Positions 60,566 through 64,000 of a stretch of 64,000 nt of DNA are shown here, piece by piece (the stretch's first letter is position 1; every line of letters starts with the position of its first letter). Below the pieces are notes generated by a model. That model did no database searches. It saw nothing but the letters and a program-made list of their open reading frames with translations, and was not told where the DNA came from. The DNA lies in the NCBI GenBank assembly GCA_033763315.1, contig JANRKS010000034.1, positions 128,001-192,000 on the forward strand. The letters are read 5' to 3'. The stretch comes from Deltaproteobacteria bacterium. GTDB taxonomy: Bacteria; Myxococcota_A; Polyangia; Fen-1088. The position numbers and the translations under genes are program-made.

Positions 60566-61657
60566 CTATTCGGGCTCGAGGGCCTCAAGCACTTCTTTGA
60601 GGTTCGGAATGCCTTCACGGGCGCCTATCGAGCGGCAGCGCAGACCGGCCGTGGTGTTGGCGAACGATAGAGCCTTCTCTAACGGCCAACCCATAACCGT
60701 GGCATACGCAAAGGCGCCGCAGAACACGTCACCCGCGCCGGTGCTATCGGCCACGAACACATCGAGTGATCCCTGCTGGACAAGCTTGTCGCCTTCAAGG
60801 GCTATCGCGCCGTCGTTGCCCAATGTGATGACGGCTGTCTTGGGGCCAAGCCGTACGATTTCGGACAGGCTTTGCTCCACCTTGTCGGACGGTGCAAACT
60901 CATTTGCGAAGCGTTCGGAGCCGATCACGATGTCCGCGATGCCCAGCAATTCGCCCATGCCGCCCACAAGGTGGCTGGCGTTGAGCAACACCGGAACGCC
61001 CCGATCACGGGCCTTCTCTGCGACCACGGCTTGCACCGCGGGGTTGTAGCCGTCGATGCACAGCAAAGCCGCGCCATCGAGCAGCTTGCGCGGCAGATCC
61101 TTCGGGGTTAAGGGCGTCACGCTGCCGCGCGTGGTGAGGATCTTGCGCCTGCGGGAAAGCTCATCGATTTGCACGATGGAGAGCGGCGACATGGCACCGG
61201 GCTGCGGCGTGACCATCGAGCAGTCGACCTTATAAGCTTCAAGCCCGCGCGTGATGTAGCGCCCAAAATCGTCATCACCCACGCGGCCAAAAAAACGTGC
61301 GGGAGCGCCGAGCGCTGCGGCGGTGGCAACCATGTTCCCGACCGTTCCGCCCCCCTGCATGCTGAATACGGACAGCTCGACCAAACGATCGCCGATGCGC
61401 GGCGCCACGCAGAGCATGTCGACCGTGGCAAGACCAACGCCCACAATCAAACGCGGCGTCGCGCCGGCCGTGGCTTTCACATTTGGCTTCTGCGGCGTTG
61501 GCTTCGCGGCCTGTGGCTTCGCGATAGGCTTCGCCGTCCGCTTTACCGGCTTGGGCGCGACCGCTCGACGCTCGCCTGTGGCGACGGCCTTATGCTTGAT
61601 TTTGGCCGGCTTCGTGGCTGAGGGCTTCGCAGACTTCGAGCGGCTTGCACCTGGCAT
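60566..61657 (-). CDS. PfkB-family carbohydrate kinase with basic Lys/Pro/Ala N-terminal tail
   Basis: GG...N, G.VGDD.FG, ITLG..G, DSTGAGDVF. Confidence 0.9.
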   Translation of the reverse strand: MPGASRSKSAKPSATKPAKIKHKAVATGERRAVAPKPVKRTAKPIAKPQAAKPTPQKPNVKATAGATPRLIVGVGLATVDMLCVAPRIGDRLVELSVFSMQGGGTVGNMVATAAALGAPARFFGRVGDDDFGRYITRGLEAYKVDCSMVTPQPGAMSPLSIVQIDELSRRRKILTTRGSVTPLTPKDLPRKLLDGAALLCIDGYNPAVQAVVAEKARDRGVPVLLNASHLVGGMGELLGIADIVIGSERFANEFAPSDKVEQSLSEIVRLGPKTAVITLGNDGAIALEGDKLVQQGSLDVFVADSTGAGDVFCGAFAYATVMGWPLEKALSFANTTAGLRCRSIGAREGIPNLKEVLEALEPE

Positions 61658-61669
61658 GACGTCAGCGTA

Positions 61670-64000
61670 TCACGGAGCGGCTTGGGTTGGCGCGCCTGCC
61701 GCGGGGCCGTCCTGCGTTCGTGGCGACGTCTCTGTCACGGGGCGATTGAAGGGAATTGTGGGCCTCCCGAGTGACGACTGCAGCGTCACGAAGCGTTCGA
61801 GATCTTCAACGGCGTGGCGGTGATCGGCGCGCGCGAAGCGGGCGCGCGCCAGATAATAAAGTGCCTCCGGGCGGCGTTGTAAGAACGCGGCGTCTTGCGC
61901 CAGCGGTTTGAGCAGCCCCACAGCGTCTTCGTAAAACTCGGCCTTATAGTGAAGGAAGCCCGCCAACAGGGCAAAGTCCTGGCTGGGATCTTTCCACAGG
62001 GCGGCGGGCCATTTTTCCAGCGCCTTGTATGCCGTGACAAACATCCGCTTCTTCACAAGGGCTTCCACTTCGGCGTATTGCCGCGCGATCACTTCGCCCT
62101 GCTGCGGGGTGATCTGGGCAGGCAGGTGCGGTGGCTCAAGATCGCCCTGGGGCGCCAGTGGGATCTCGGGATCTGAGCTTAAACGTGTGGCCACCAAGTT
62201 CATCAACAGACGCGCACGTGCGGCGGGGCCAGATCCCGGCGTGGCTTCGGCTTGGCGGGTCCAATGTTCCGCTTCGCGAATGCGACCGTTCGCCAACAAC
62301 GACCGAGCGAGCGCGGCCGCGCCGGTGTCGGCCCCGGCCGGATCGCTGTTCACGCCCGAGATGATGTTGGCAAGGTGCCCATAGGGCCAAGCAGGTCCGT
62401 AGACACGGGTAAGATAAGGATCATACGTGCTGTATCCAAGCAGATCGCGCGGCGCTGCGAACTCAATCAGCGCGTTGTCGTCGGTGTTCAGCTCGGCGCC
62501 CGCAGAGAAGGGCAACACTTCATCGGGCGCCAATAGTACTTGAGCGAATACGTCATAGGGAGAATGCCACCCAGCGCGGGCCGCTTCGGCTTTGACTGCA
62601 GGGATGTCAAAGAGTTTGCGCATGCGTTCCGCATCAAGTGGCAGCGGCTTCATGCTGCCGATGAGAATCGTATCTGAGGAAAGATCTTCAGCTGAAAATA
62701 CGGTGAGATAAGGAAACTCGCTTGCGAGCGTTCGGTAGATCGACTTCACATTCCACGGTGCCATCTCATAAAGTTGAGCCCACTGACAAAACACGCCATC
62801 AGGGGCAAGGCGGCGTTTGATCGATTGAAAATATTCGCGCGTGAACAAGTTCGACACGCCCGTGATCCAAGGGTTCGATGGTTCGCTCACAATCACGTCG
62901 AACGAATCGGTGCGTTGGCTAAGGAAGTTCCTGCCGTCGCCCACGCGCGCGGTGACCAGCGGGTTGGCCAAAGGTCGCTTGTTCACGTGTTCGAAAAACT
63001 TTGAGGCGCGGTAGACCGCGGGCTCAAGCTCGACAACTTCAAGTGAACGCAAGGGCGCTTGCGTGATGCTCCCCGCGGTGACGCCGCTGCCGAACCCGAT
63101 GAGCGCCACGCGCGGATCTGGTTTGTGCACGAGCAGCATGGGCAACAGCCCCACCGACACTTGCGTGGGCATATCGGCATCCGAAGACGCATCCACTTTG
63201 CCGTTGTTCTTCAGTGAATACGTCTTGCCCCATTGTTCCACGGTCACCGTGGTGGCCACGCCGTCTTCGTAAAACACGAGCTGCGGACGTTTCCATTCTT
63301 TGTTGGCGTGCGTTCGTTCAACGTAGTCGCGCGCGATCGACACGCGGAAAAAGCCTTGCGAGAAGCTCGTCAAGTTCCAGCGGGGTAGCAACGGGCCACC
63401 AACCAGCGCCACAGCAGCCAAGCCAACGCCCAGCACTCTGTGTGCTTTACCGAGGGCAGGGGCCACCACAAACAACGTGGCCACCAACACGGCCAAGGCA
63501 GCGGCCGCCAAGTAGAGGCCTCTCTGCAGGCCGAACGCGGGCAGAATCACGAACCCTGAAAGAAACGATCCCACAATCGCGCCCACGGTGTTCACGGCAT
63601 ATGTGTTGCCCACGTCATGGCCCACGTTTTCAACGCTGGCGGTGACGACGCGCATCGTGAGGGGAAATACCGCCCCCATCAAAAGCGTGGCTGGCAGAAT
63701 CACCAGACACGCCAAAATGAACTGGCACATCTGCACGGCGTTGGGGCCGAAACTTGTTGATGAAAGCAGCCACGCAAACACGAAGGGCAGCTTGTCCATC
63801 AGCAGATACGACGAGCCCAACGCCGCGACGGTGCCCAGGTGTACCCAAGCCAAAGCACGCACGGGGTTGATGAAACGATCCGAAAGCCGGCCCAACGCAG
63901 CGGAGCCCGCGCCCAACCCCACGAGGAACGCGAGCAAGATCAGCGTGAACGAATAGATTGATGAGCCAATCAGCACGGCCAAGGCGCGCGTCCACAACAC
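61670..64000 (-). CDS. fused membrane (MFS-like)/spermidine synthase protein with C-terminal TPR; 5' end outside window
   Basis: LWTR.L...G, NT.G.I.G, NGKVDAS, IGFGSG.T, VELEP, DGRNFL, DVIVSEPSNPW. Confidence 0.88.
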   Translation of the reverse strand: MLWTRALAVLIGSSIYSFTLILLAFLVGLGAGSAALGRLSDRFINPVRALAWVHLGTVAALGSSYLLMDKLPFVFAWLLSSTSFGPNAVQMCQFILACLVILPATLLMGAVFPLTMRVVTASVENVGHDVGNTYAVNTVGAIVGSFLSGFVILPAFGLQRGLYLAAAALAVLVATLFVVAPALGKAHRVLGVGLAAVALVGGPLLPRWNLTSFSQGFFRVSIARDYVERTHANKEWKRPQLVFYEDGVATTVTVEQWGKTYSLKNNGKVDASSDADMPTQVSVGLLPMLLVHKPDPRVALIGFGSGVTAGSITQAPLRSLEVVELEPAVYRASKFFEHVNKRPLANPLVTARVGDGRNFLSQRTDSFDVIVSEPSNPWITGVSNLFTREYFQSIKRRLAPDGVFCQWAQLYEMAPWNVKSIYRTLASEFPYLTVFSAEDLSSDTILIGSMKPLPLDAERMRKLFDIPAVKAEAARAGWHSPYDVFAQVLLAPDEVLPFSAGAELNTDDNALIEFAAPRDLLGYSTYDPYLTRVYGPAWPYGHLANIISGVNSDPAGADTGAAALARSLLANGRIREAEHWTRQAEATPGSGPAARARLLMNLVATRLSSDPEIPLAPQGDLEPPHLPAQITPQQGEVIARQYAEVEALVKKRMFVTAYKALEKWPAALWKDPSQDFALLAGFLHYKAEFYEDAVGLLKPLAQDAAFLQRRPEALYYLARARFARADHRHAVEDLERFVTLQSSLGRPTIPFNRPVTETSPRTQDGPAAGAPTQAAP

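Overview
GC-rich core-chromosome segment, probably from a Myxococcota-like deltaproteobacterium. This is inferred from Hanks-type kinases with RDD/TPR domains, a TIGR04552-like protein, a multi-DsbA protein, an FHA-GGDEF protein and a sigma54 activator. The window holds about 48 CDSs, including rplM-rpsI, eda-kdgK, lhr, rlmI, yhhQ, queC, pcnB, glnD and guaB-guaA, plus tRNA-Phe(GAA). I saw no integrase, transposase, prophage or CRISPR array. The main signals not explained by the ORF track are: (1) a 43-aa Lys/Ala-repeat (histone-H1-like) microprotein gene at 38191-38322(-), with a strong promoter and extensively base-paired 5' leader and 3' trailer; (2) three perfect, co-oriented DnaA boxes between the convergent queC and pcnB genes; (3) a recurring TAnnnT-N6-7-start motif suggesting widespread leaderless mRNAs; (4) a TIGR04552-like protein with a divergent RelA/SpoT synthetase motif set; (5) a 22-bp perfect palindrome plus IHF site; and (6) two apparent pseudoenzymes. 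All calls come from reading motifs by eye; no database searches or folding programs were run.
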